This document shows positions 1-12,480 of a stretch of 64,000 nt of DNA, in pieces. Source of the stretch: Lama glama (taxonomy: Eukaryota). The stretch spans positions 51,896,001 to 51,960,000 of the forward strand of contig CM052816.1 in assembly GCA_028534125.1 (NCBI GenBank), read 5' to 3'. The translations under genes were made by a program, and so were the position numbers. The notes beneath the pieces were generated by a model that saw only the letters and a program-made list of their open reading frames with translations, did no database searches and had not been told where the DNA came from. Position 1 is the stretch's first letter. Each line of letters starts with the position of its first letter.

Positions 1-507
1 ATAAGTGGCAGAACCAGCACAGACAAATCTATTTCCAAAGCCAGAGTGCTTTTAATTACCACCACATAGCCTGAATCCAAAACTTAAAAGTCTTTTAAGT
101 TTTTCTTGCAAGTTGGTAAACATTAAGGCTACAAAAGAAGATGCTATTTGAATATTTTGGGAAATTAAGTGCTTTCCTTTTAATTCTCTCTTCTAAATTT
201 TGAAGAGCAATAAGAGCATAGTACCATTATGGAGTTTCATACTGCAATGGATTTTTTAAAAAATTTTTATTTATCTAACTGGAATTAAAACTTTCTCAAA
301 AAGTACTTTCCCCAAATGTATTATATTTCCTATGTGACCAATTATACAGACCAGAGCTTTTAAAACTTCCAAGTATGATGTATTAATAGGGAATGAGATC
401 GATTTAGTGGGTTGTTACCAGCATTTAAAAAAATTAAATAGATGAAAACTATCTGGATAGATTGTACTTGGTGAGAGTGAGTACTCTAGGGAAATTTTTA
501 TATCAAT

Positions 508-524
508 TGTGTGTGTGTGTGTGT
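508..524. repeat. (TG)8 microsatellite
   Basis: Read directly. Confidence 0.95.
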
Positions 525-1294
525 ATCCTGAGCCAAAATGTAAAATATACTTCTTAGAGTGGGTTGCAATAAACATGTCTGAAAGTGACTAACATAGACA
601 GTCTGATTACTAGCACTATGTTCAAACTATATGAATTAACTTCCCAGAAATCCTGGGTAACTAAGCCCATTCTTTACTCTGAAACACGTCTGGAGGAACA
701 AGCAGAGGATGTTTATTGTCCCCCTTTGTTTCTGTCACCCAACACTCTGCACTCTCTGCCCAGCCCTCCCGGTTGTTCATCTCTGCCTCATTCCTTGGTC
801 TCTGGTCTGTTCTCGAGCTGCCTTCATCCAGCTCTCACTGTCTTGGGGGCATAACTCTCCCCCAAGGTTTTTCTATGTATTCTCACCTGACACTTCCAGC
901 TCCGACATTTCCCCAAACCCTTCATTTCAAGCTTCTTACAAGGCATTTTCATATTAATGACACATTCTTCTCTCATAAGAAACATATCCCAAAATCAAAC
1001 GTATGTCTTTTGCTCTCAAGCTCCTCCCCATCCTAACTTTCCTGTTGAGTTAATGGAATAACTTGGTTTCAGCTTCTCAGGTGGGACACCTCACTCTTCT
1101 CTATTTCTTCTTGGTGTTTCCCATTCAGCCAGTAAGTACTGTTAACTTTTCGGTTGCATCTGTTAGATTTATCCCTTTTTCTCTAGTCTCCTGCTGCAAA
1201 ATCTTAAGTCTAGGTACTTCACACATGGGTTGTAGCTTTTGTCTCCTAGATTTTCCTCCTTTCTCCATTCCCTCTGTCCTTCTATTCTTTTTCC

Positions 1295-1450
1295 ATTCAT
1301 AATTCAATTATTCAGTCAATTTCTATGGAGCACTTACTATGCTCCAGGTTCTGTGCACATGCTGAGTGAACAAAAGAGATGTGGTCTCTGGTCTCATGGA
1401 GTTTGCTCTTAAAGTGGAAAAAAGAGAGCTTCCAAACAAGTAAAATACCA
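1295..1450 (-). mobile_element. L2 LINE 3' end fragment
   Basis: cattcataattc...gagcacttactatgctccagg resembles the reverse complement of the L2 3' terminus. Confidence 0.7.
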
Positions 1451-1869
1451 AAAATGTATAATTCGAAACTTTGCAAATGAGCAAGGTGCTGTCTCTATAA
1501 GAGTAATCTCAAATATCCCCCTGAAGTGTTACTGTTCCAGCGCCAAGTACTTCTAATATTTCCCTCCTGTCCACTGAACCAAGTCTAGAATATTTTCCTA
1601 GACATGAAAAAGCTCTGTAACTTGCTCTTGGTTTATTAGCTAGTAAACGATAACAACAAAAAAGAAGTAAATGCAGACAGATTTACACATACACTGTGCT
1701 GAATACCATGGTAAGGGTATTTACTGATCTGTGAACTGACATACTCATTCTTGAGAGACGATCTAGAATAATAGTTACAATTACAGAAACTGAACTTTAA
1801 TCAGAATAGGGTAGGACATTTGGTATAATAATCTACTGGCACATTCAATTACTCCCATTTTAATGGAAT

Positions 1870-2360
1870 ATTAATTGGCAATCTTTTGTTTGCAAAAGGG
1901 GGCAGAACAGCCAATTCAATCTGGCTTAGAATAAAAAGGGAATTACTATTTTATGTATCTGGAGATAGTTCTAGCTTCAGAGCCTGTCTGGTTCAGAGGC
2001 ACACAGTAACCTGGCCCATGTTTATTTGTCTTCAGCGCTTTAATTCTGCTCTCATTTCCGGGTAGCAAAAATGGGGCTGGCCATGCTAGTCTTACAACCT
2101 CAGCTCACACCATCCAGTGGATGAGAGAGCAGTCTTTCCGGTAGCTTCCACCAAAGAGAGAGAAATTTCTAATCTAGAGGCCCTCCAAAAAGTCCTTACA
2201 TGCCCGAAGTGCGTACTCCTTCCTCAAACTCATCACCGTGATGATGGCTGTGTTTGTTGGTGAGGACGGCGAGAGATGCATGCATGTGTTTTGGGGAGGT
2301 AGATTCCTACTCAAAGCATGTGGCCAGGAACGTGAAGGGGCAGCTTTTCAAAGGTGGATA
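1870..2360 (-). mobile_element. Old MaLR LTR (MLT1K/L-like), degraded
   Basis: ttgcaaaag...caatctggcttag...aaagggaatt and ctagcttcag motifs recalled from MLT1K/L. Confidence 0.55.
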
Positions 2361-2784
2361 TATAGCAAGATACTAATGAGGCAATGAACAAATTCTGTAT
2401 AGCAGGGTTTAAAAAAAAACCTTCCTATAAGTTTTTTAGTTCTTCTCAGTTTAACCTGAGATTTTCTGTAAGTGCAATAAATTGAAACAATGAAAGAAAA
2501 AAAAAGCACATCCTTCTAGACTGAGAAAAAGAAGCTCAGCAGGTCTACCGTTATTTGAGATGAAAAATACATGAAGAAGGGAAAAATCAGTATCTTTCCT
2601 CTGCTATCACCTTTCAAGAAAATCAGTAACTAAGACTGCCAGCAGAATTGCTCTTATGGATTTTTTAAAATATGTGCTGTTTAGATTCCTGAAGGAATGA
2701 TTATATACTAAGTTTAAAATGAAACTTTCTGAGAAGCATTGGGTGTTACTTTTTTCACTTCTCACAATTATATAAAATATATTC

Positions 2785-2925
2785 CTTTTTTACAGATGAG
2801 GAAACTGAGGCTCAGAGAAACCCAAAAGCCACCTAAGATCACAGACAGCAAGATCAGAGCCAGGATTTATGGCAAGATTATCAGATTCTAAAAATCCAGG
2901 CTCCTCGCACTGAAACAGACTGCGT
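2785..2925 (-). mobile_element. MIR SINE
   Basis: MIR core ttttacagatgaggaaactgaggctcagaga. Confidence 0.9.
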
Positions 2926-3380
2926 GCCTGTTTATGAGAAGCACTAGCTGCCCTGTTGACTGTTGTGTAAGCTCCAGCCCACCCATCGCTGCTGTCACCA
3001 GATTTGGAGCTGGTGTGGAGATGCAACAAGGACATACTGCCAGGACGGAGGGCGGCAGGGATTTGCCCCGACAGGGACTTGCCCCGGAGCAGAATGGGAC
3101 CCTCTGAGGAGTTGGTGAGAAGTGAAGCCACAGAGTAAGCAAGTTTAAGTGACTTTTCAAGAAAACTGCTGAGGCAAGAAGGAAAGAGATAAGCTAAAAA
3201 CTGAAAGGTGACACAGGTTTATGGGAGACAGTAACTTGAACCAGTTTTAAAATTAAAATACAGCAATCTACTTAAAAAAATCAGAAATAAAACACTCTCG
3301 GTGAGATTTTGACAGAAAATCAGAATTACCCAGGCCTTTGAAAATACAGTAACTGCTCTAGAAATGGTTAGCAGAAAGCT

Positions 3381-3403
3381 CACACACACACACACACACA
3401 CAC
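3381..3403. repeat. (CA)11 microsatellite
   Basis: Read directly. Confidence 0.95.
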
Positions 3404-4009
3404 GGAACAAACTTTTAATTGCCATTTCTGCCCAACTTCATAACCAACTATCTGGAAAAGGAAAGGAGGACGATTTTTCTGTATATTAGCCTGAATTCTC
3501 TGACAGCATCTGCTACCTCTTCCGGAGAAGAGGCGGCTCGCCAGCCTGATGTAGAACGATATTCATGTCCTTGTATTAGGCAAACTTTCCCTACAAAGCA
3601 AAGTAATAAAAACTTCCCCAATCCCTCTACATTTCTTTCTACAGAATCCTACACACACATCTAGAAATACTTTTCCGTGAGAGCAGAGGAGTGTGTAATG
3701 AGTGGTAGCTTCTTACCCCGGGCGGAGTCGATAAAGTGTGTATACAGTTGTGAGGAAGCAGCAACCTGTGTGTGCGAGGGGGGATGGCCACACAATTAGC
3801 TGAGCTGTTCTGAAGACGCCACAGCAAAGCATTTTAGAGATGGTTGGGGAGGGGGGATAAAAAAAGGTCCTTTTCTCCCCCTCAACTGTAAATATACAAG
3901 AATTTATACAAAAATTTCAATATACAAAAATGATAGATATTACCACTAGAAAATGAAACGTATCTTGGGAGGCAGGGTGAGAGACACAAAACACAAAAGT
4001 AGCCCATTT

Positions 4010-5900
4010 TATCAGACGCAAAGTATTTATTGAGCATCTTTGTGCTAATCACTTTCATAGGAACTGGAATACTGGGGTGGACAAGGGAGACCAATTAGCT
4101 ACTTACAGGAACTTACTGTTCTACTGGGGGAGAGAGAACAATAAATAATACATCATGCCAGTGGTATTATTATCCATCAATGAGTAAGGTAAATTCAGAT
4201 ATTAAAAAGAAGACCTATGTGGAAGGTAAACAGAGAGAGAGCGAGAGAGAGGGAGACAGGGAGAGAGGGAGGACATTTGCTAGGCTGGGTTGGGAATGCC
4301 TTTTTAAGACAGGGACAGAGACAGGTGAGTTGAGATTTGAACAATGAAAAGATCACTTGAAGATCTGTGGGGGGAGTGTTTCAAGCAGAACAGCGAATGA
4401 AACGTGAGACAGCTCAGCCTAACTGAGGGCCAGAAAGCAGCCTGGTGTGGCTGGAGCCCAGCGAATATGGGGCCCAGAGCAGGGAGTCGAAGCTGGAGAT
4501 TGGGCAAGATCACTGGGCATCTCTTGAGCCAAGTGTAAGAGCTGGAGTTGATTCTCTGGTCTCGGGAAGCACAGGGTTTGGTGCGAGGGAATCATAACCT
4601 CACTGGCACTCCGAACAGGTGCCTCCGGCTGCCTCGTGTAGTGCAGACTGGAGGGGGCAAACCTGGGGTGGGAAAGACCAGGTATGACGCAGTCATCCAT
4701 GGTGATGCAGGTTTGGACAAAGGCTATGGCAGGACTGGTAAGAAATGCTGGAGATGGAGGGGCCGAGACTTGCTGAGGGAACGGATATGGAGGTCTGCAC
4801 TGAACTGAGTAGTGTTCCCCCAAATTCACGTTTCCTCAAAGCCTGTCAGTGTTACTTTATTTGGAAACAGGGTCTTTGCAGATGTAATCAAGTTAAGATG
4901 TCAAACTGGATTAGAGAGGGTCCTAGATCCAGTGAGTGGTATGGTTAGAAGAAGAAGGAAATTTGGACACAGAGGGAAGAAGGCCATGTGACATCAGAGG
5001 TACAGAATAGAGTTATGCTGCCACAAGCCAAGGAATACCAAGGACTGCCAGCAACCACCAGAAGCTGGAAGGGGCAAGGTGGACCCTTTCTCTAACACTC
5101 AGAGTGCAGGGCCCCACTGCCACATTGAGTTCAGATTTCTAGCCTCGAGAACCTTGAAAAAACAAATTTCTGTTGTTTTTACCTAACGATTTGAAGTAAT
5201 TTATTACAGTAGCCCTTAGAAATGAATGTAAGGTCTAAAGGAAAGAGAAGAATCTGGAATGGGTCCACTGTTTGGGGCCTGAGCAGCTGGGTGTAGCTGG
5301 AACTGGGAAGGGGGCAGGTTTTAGGGAGAAAAATCAAGAGTTTAGTTTTACACTGAAAAATATCTCTTTCAGACACCTAAGTGGTAATATCAGGGAGGCT
5401 CTGAGACACAACAGTCTGCAACTCATGTGGAAAGGTTCAGACTAAAAATGCAAACTGGCGAGTATCAAGCATTTACGTAGTACTTAGAATCCTAAGACGG
5501 CATGAGCTTACTTAGGTAGGGAGTGTAGACAAGGAGAAACGCCAGAGTCCTGTGATCCCACAACCAGTAGAGATTTGGCACAAGAGGAGCCAGCAAAGGA
5601 GACCAAAGAGGGGAGGAGAGTAGGACAAAAGGAAAACCAGGCATGCACGGTGTCATGGAGACGAAGAGGACCAGTGTTTCAACAGGAGGCCGTGACCAGC
5701 TGTGCCAAATGCTGCTGGGAGGCTGACTAAGAAGAGGGCTTTGGCTTCGGCAAGATGTAAGTCATCAGTGGTAAGAATCAACGGATAAGAGTCATTTCAG
5801 GGTGAAAGTCCAAGAGAAAAGGTTGAGGGGAAGTGGAGGTGATGAAGTGGAGACTTTAAGCATGTGGAACTCTTTCAAGACATTTGGTTTGAAAACAAGC
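4010..5900 (-). mobile_element. L2 LINE 3' region, interrupted by an MLT1 LTR
   Basis: aagtatttattgagcatc terminus; purine-rich L2 motifs (ttgagatttgaacaatga, aatcaagagtttagtttt, ccagctgtgccaaatgctgctg). Confidence 0.8.
4796..5230 (+). mobile_element. MaLR solo LTR (MLT1B/C-like) with 5-bp TSD AGGTC
   Basis: ttatttggaaacagggtctttgcagatgtaatcaagttaagatg and gccagcaaccaccagaagctgga motifs; AGGTC at 4791-4795 and 5231-5235. Confidence 0.9.
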
Positions 5901-7009
5901 AGCAAAATGGAGCAGGGCCTGGTAAAACAGGCGACATAAAGACATGCCGGCACGCAGATGGGGATGACCAGGTAGACGGAGAACTGATGATGAGACAGAA
6001 ACGGGTGGCTACTGTATGAGAACGGTTCTTGAGTGTGTGGAAAGGGAGGAGCCGACCCAACAGCAGTGCGGGGCTGATTCTTCCACAGTCACTGGGAGAA
6101 GGCAGAGCGCGAGTCCAAGGGCCCTGGGTGAAATCAGTGGAGAAGAGACGTCATCCTTGACCGTGTGTATCTGTTTTCACCACGAGCAGGAGAGAAGCCC
6201 AAGAGTGAGTATGGAAAGGGATGTGGACAGCTGAAGAGAGGACGGGATGAGAAATCCCAGAGTGCAGGAAACTGACATTACTAGGCTCGTCTGGCAGCAC
6301 AGAACGCCCATTTGAGATCTGAAGACACAAGGTGAGTCCAGGCAGCACAAGTCTGCCAGTGTCTCAAGAGAGCAGCTCCACTCTGTGTGAATATCAAGCC
6401 CATTTGATTCTGTCGATGTTCAGTTACGGTCCTGGGTGCTCCGTGCTCCGTGCCTTTGATCACACCAGCAGAACCTGCCAAGCGGGCTCCTGCTTTTCCT
6501 CAAGTGTGCTGGAGGCGGCCGCAGAGCGGCGGCGGGTCAGAGCGCAGGCTTTCATGCCAGCAGCGGCTCGGTGGATTTTCATTTAAAATTCTCTGCCTGC
6601 TTTGAAACTTACAGAAAGCACAGTGAGGAGAATATCACTGCCCCCCAACTGTGTACTGACGTGTGCAGTTTAAAGACTTCTCCCAGGATTTCAGACAGAT
6701 TCTGAGCAGCCTGCTGCATAATTCTACTCCACTGAATTAGTTTAACAGCACTGAGGGAGGGATGATTCAACCAGATCCATCACCTTGGCCGCCAAGGGCA
6801 ACGTCAAACAACTGACATTGCTGATAAAGCCAAAATAGGGCAACTCGCTGAGCGCAGACCGCGGGACCCTCCTGTTCCTGCGCTCACAGCACACCTCATC
6901 TCCTATGACTTGAAGACTGCAGTCATACATGCAGGAGACCAGGAGGCTTAGCTCCCCTCCTCAAAATCTCTGTGCCACTCCATTCCCACTCTCTTCTGTA
7001 ACCCCTGGA

Positions 7010-7150
7010 GAGAGCAGCAAATGTGATAGAAGGAATAACAGATCAGGGCTTTTTTAATGGGCTTATCTCACTGAGTGGCCTTGGAAATGTCCCTTCGTCC
7101 CTCAGGGTCTCAGTTTCCTCCATGGTAACATGCGGAGCTTATCTAGATGC
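7010..7150 (+). mobile_element. MIR SINE fragment
   Basis: ggccttggaaatgtcc...tctcagtttcctc core. Confidence 0.65.
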
Positions 7151-9424
7151 CTCTAAATTCTGTTCCGCAGGTCTCCTTGGATAAACCTCAGGTCCCCCAC
7201 CATGCATCTGACACCCTTGCTTCCCTGGCATCATCAATTACCTGCCCCCAACACTGCCCCTTCCTCGTCTTTCCTCTCGCACCTCAATCTCCATGGATCC
7301 CTCCCCTCTGCTTACAAAGGCCCTTCCTCAACGCTGCCACGTCTTCACATGTGACAATGGAGACCACGTCCTTCTTGCTTATCCTAGGTACCCCTAGAAT
7401 ATTTGTAAGCGGACAAGGGCTTTCAGCAGGAGGAACAACGTGTCACCTTGCCCCAGTAATCTACCGGTGCTATGGTCCTGAGCGCTGCTTGGTAAAATTG
7501 AGCAACACCAGTTCCCATACAACTGATCACATCTGTGGCTTTACATAGGCCTCCTGATTGGAAATTGACCACAGCCCCATCTCTTTTCTCTGAGGTTCAG
7601 TGACACTGAGATGCACCAGGTGGCCCCACGTGACACAGACAGAACAAGCCCCAGGAAAGATGATGGGGCTTCTGGGAGTCAAGTCACCAGAAGCAAGAAG
7701 GAAGCTAAACTGGTATCCAGAATAAGTCCCAGGGCTTAGGGAAGGTGTAAGCCACTTGGTCTGAGCAACTTAGCAGAGATCTGCACCAGCCCCAGGGGTG
7801 GCTGTGAAGAGAGTGGGGCTCACAAGAGCATCTCTGTGGACCGGCCAAAGCCTCTGTGTCAGCAGAAGAGGCACCTAAGACCAGCGGGCAGGGCCTTGAT
7901 GTAGTCAGAACTGGACGTTTGACCTAGAGAAGCACCAACAGGCAAGAGAGGACAGGGAAACACAGCACCTGGGATTTTTAGAACTATTCCCAAAGAATTC
8001 GTTGAAAGATGGACTTTTCAGTAATAATCCATATTGGATGCAAGGTGGGAGAGGCGGTTCTTCAGCTGATTTAACTCAAGTATAAGAAGATACCAGGCCT
8101 CACTTGGAGGCCCCATGCTGGAGGCCTGGGTCACTGGGTTACGTTTGTATCTCCCTCCATGCAAGGGCTTTACACTCATATTATCAGTTTAATAATTATT
8201 TTTTAACCCAATATTTTTTATTCACCTTATCACTGTGCCTGAATATACCAACACAGACTGGTTCCATTTATTGGAAGACCTTGGTATTTCCTGAGTCAGG
8301 AGTTCCTGAACCTCCCTGCCTTGGAATTTACCACACTTCTCCCATCCCAACCTCCCCATGGTCTGTAACCACAAGACTGGAGATATCGTAAAGTACTTCC
8401 AGTTTAGCATCTGAGGACTCAGAAGAGAGGCTTGTACACAGCTGTGAAGCCTTCAGCCCCAGGAGAATGCCCTCCACATGAAGGCAGGTTTGCACTGGGC
8501 CCCAACCTTGGGGCACCCTCCACTCTGACAGTGGATCCAGGTCTTCGCAGAGTGTTTCAGACAAAGTCTACTTGTATCATTTCAATGGAAGACAGCTGCT
8601 CAGTTTTCAATGTTGAAACTTTTCATAGATTACTAACAATTCTTAAAATGTGTTTGAGAGCTTCAGAGTCCACTGTGCCCTACCCAGACACCTTCATCTC
8701 GTTACAAAGGACTTTAACTTCCATATAGAAAATTCACAGGGAATCACTTCCCTCCAGAATCCAACCTTTGCTGATCAGGCCAGCACTTGCTAATTGGTGT
8801 GCAACTGCCAGAAGGTACAGAAGCGCCCCGAGAATTCCATTCCCTAAGTCTGGGTTGCTGTCACTATTCATCAGGCAGAGAAAATCTTTTTTTAAAACCA
8901 CAAATTCTGAAAGTATGTTCTATTTAACTTCCCAAGCAATGATTCAACGGTCTAAAAGTGATTCAATAGTCTACCAGATACTTGTACAAAAATATTTGCT
9001 ACCAAATCAGGTCAAAGAATTTGGTTAATATAAACATGAATTAACGGACCATAATGATTCCTAAACTTCATGAAGGTTGGATCTATTTTTTTCATGAAAC
9101 TTGGCCCAATTTGAAGGGCAGAGACCTTAATTCACACAGTGAGTAAGTGTGGTGTGAAGTCGTTTTGGTCAGAAAAATAATTTTCCAAAAGTAAACTAAC
9201 TTCTTGGACTTGAGGTTCTATTGAAAGACTGTAGACTGAATCCGTGGAGTAAATGTGCATGTTGCCAAGAAACTGCCCTGTGCTGAAGGAGAGAGGATGG
9301 GCCTGTGCTTGTCTCTCAAAGTCAAGCCAGTGACCGTCTTACTCTTTAGAGGGAGAAGGTCTCTGGGTTATTTCTAGGGAAATAAGTTACAGTGAAAGCA
9401 TCGTTCTAAGAGTTAAAACGTTAT

Positions 9425-9660
9425 GATTATTATTATTTTACTGCTAACATTCGTTCAGCGCTTACTTTTGCCAGGGACTAAACTCACTTAAGCTTTATAA
9501 CCATCCTGTAAGTCAGTTATCCCCACTTTATAGAAAATAATAATGATTACATAATAACAAAAATAACAGGAATTATTTACACAGTGTTTATTATATGTCA
9601 GGACTGTTCTAGCACTTTATGCTTATTTAACCCCCACAATAGCCTCAAGAGCCGCAGAGA
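9425..9660 (-). mobile_element. Two MIR tail fragments
   Basis: gcgcttacttttgccagggact...ccccactttatag and tatgtcaggactgttctagcacttta. Confidence 0.65.
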
Positions 9661-10149
9661 TGTCTGCATGCACAACATCATCAGATACCATTCGCATCAA
9701 CTACAGCAGTCATAGGTTCTAACTTCCCCGTCTTACAGGAGTTCCCCAATAAGCAAACACCTCCCAGTGCCATCAGCCCAGCCTAGTTCTCTGATGACAC
9801 AGCACCTCACACTGGGACACACATGGCATCTGTACTTCCCGGGTCAGGGCAAAAAAAAGGGCTGCTTATTCTCAGCACAGGACTAGATGCGCACGCATAT
9901 GCACATAACTGGGACTCCCACAAGGGCGCTCTAATTGCATGTTTCTTTTGTAGCCAGACCACACATTGCACAAACATTGCTTGGCTTGAAGATATTTTAA
10001 ATTTGTGAGTCTGGTGGTCAAGAGAGGTGCATTTAAATTTGTGAGAGCACCTTATGTGCCTATGGCCTGTCTTGCTTCTGCATATTCTTCCAGTATGTTC
10101 ATTCCCACCTGTATTTGAATTAAGGTGGTCAGAAGTAAACATCTTTTTT

Positions 10150-10690
10150 TTTGTAGCAGAACAGATTACATGTAAAAGTCTAAGGTGAAGAAGTGTTCCT
10201 TATGTACTCCAGGGCTGAAGGCTCAAAAGCAAAAAACTGAATTTCCCAGGCTCCCCTCCAACTCAGGTTCTGAATGCAGATTAGAGCATCTGCTCAGTGC
10301 CTAGAAGGTAGAAATGAGACAGAGGCTCTTACGTACAGCCGCAGCCATTTCTGCTGGCAGGCACAGCCACGGAGGCCGCACTGTCCCAGGTCACAGGGGC
10401 AGCCTCTACAGAGGCAGGCAGCACTTTCCTGATCACTGATGCGGTGGAATCAATGTCATCTTGGGTCAGCAGTTTCCACGGCAATCTCCTGCTTGCCCAC
10501 CAGCCAAGGACAGCAGAATCAGCAGTCCCAGGTGGGTCAGTTCTACCTGGTGTCCCAAAAGTGATTCCCTGAAGCCCTGCCTTGAGTCTAGTCCTCCAGC
10601 CCTTCCTAAGCACCGAATTCCCTGCAAGAAATCTCTTCCCAAGGAAAACAGCTAATTTGTTCCCCACAACCAAACTTTCATAGATAACAG
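10150..10690 (+). mobile_element. ERVL LTR (LTR33-like)
   Basis: aactgaatttcccaggctcccctccaactcaggttctgaatgcagattag and tttctgctggcaggcacagccacggag resemble LTR33. Confidence 0.65.
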
Positions 10691-12480
10691 ATGGCAAATG
10701 CCCAATGCCAAACATCTAGGAATTCACCTAAGATGCTCAATATTTGCGATCAGAAACCAGGAGCAGCTACCTTTCCTGTCAGATGTTAGAGGCACATGCT
10801 GGGGACAGTGCCTGAGAAGGTTTGACATTCAATTAAAACAGCACTTTCCACATTCAGAGTCACTCCACCTGGAGGCTCTTCAGTTTTGTTATGCCAAAGC
10901 CTGCCCTCTAACAGCCCTCCATAATTTCCAGGTAGATATTCAAACTGATCAAAATTGCCTTCCACATCTGCTGGAAGGAAGGATGGAAGGGAGGAGGGTG
11001 GAAAGAGAGAGAGAGGTCTCAGCAGAGGTAAGGAGACTTCACACAGAAGTTCTCTCTCACCCTGAGGACGGTTTTGGGTGAATTAGGCACTCTTGAGCCC
11101 ATCTTTAGAAGACAGCCTGGGAGAGTTTTTAAAAAACCTGTCTCTGTCTATGTTTGCTTGGCAGAACCTGACCTCTCATTTAAATGAAAACCAAACCACT
11201 GCAAAGGAACATTCTATAGATTCAGAGAAAAAGGCTGACTAACCCAGGGAGTGAATTTAACTAGCAGATGATAATGCATATCAGACTAACACATGGGCAA
11301 TGGGTGCACTCCTACCACTAACGCTCATAGTAATTAGTAATCTTCATTATAAGGATTTAAATAAGGTATCAAATCATTCGCACACAGGAATCTTTGCACA
11401 CAAGATGGAAAGAGGCGGTTAAAGTGGGGACAAAACAATGTTTATATTTTGTCTAAGAGGTCCTTCCAGCTATATGCTCAGTGAGCTCAGCAAGTTAGAA
11501 AGCCTAAGGCCTGAGGGGATACATTTTCACCTCTGGCTCCTGAAGACTCTAAGAGCCGGATCTTACACTCAGCTCCAAGGGCGAGGATTTAATAGCATCT
11601 CAATCATACAGTGAGGTCATTCATTAGTGCTTATTGCCCATCATCAGCCCAAAGAAAAGGCCGTTTTCTTTTAAGATCACACCTCGGAAACGCTCTCTGA
11701 TGAAGGAATTGAAACCAAATCAGCAGATCACTGCATCAGCCATCAGGCGGCCCTCTTTCTCTCAGTATGATCATTTCTATCAGCAGCGAGATAATGTTCA
11801 GTTCTATGAAAGCCCTACTAGGTATCAGGAATGCCGATGGTTCTACACTTGACCAACTTAACTCTCTTGGTAAGATGCCGTGGGCAATTATGTACCGATC
11901 CCAAGATGGAATTTGAATCAAGTCCTTGTCCTACCTTAGTCTCAGATCTCATGATGGGAACACAATGATCACAGCAGACAACTAGCAAACACAAATGCCC
12001 TCTTCTTAGCATAAAAAGTCTTTGAAAGACATGGACGATTCCTTAAGCATCAGATGAATTCACTTACTTCAGTCTAGGTTAGATATGGTAAAAACTTTTA
12101 AAGATGGCAGGAAAAAAAATACATGCAATTAAAAGCTCCTTTCTTATCCACCTCCAGAATCACAGTCCCTGACACTTGGTTTCAGATACTCCAGCACTGA
12201 AGATGCTATAAAGCTTCCTTCAGAGTTTTAACTAGAATTTTCCTTATAATAAGATCCCTGGGAGAGAGCTCAAAGAGAACTCACCTAACTTACACCAACT
12301 TTTGCTCTAGAGAGAAGAGTTCAAAGTTACAAGGCATTGATAAAACACTCAAAGCACTGCTCTTAGCTGGAATACTAGAGTCATTAATAAAACAAAATTT
12401 TCATTGAAGATAAAAGTAACATGAGGATATAATGACTAAGCCAGGAAAAACAGAAACAAGAACAAATGAAAGCACATATA

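Noticed and set aside
7590..8100. Possible ancient Gypsy-like LTR (also 25900-26710)
   Set aside because: Only a compositional impression; no termini, TSD or diagnostic motif I can support.
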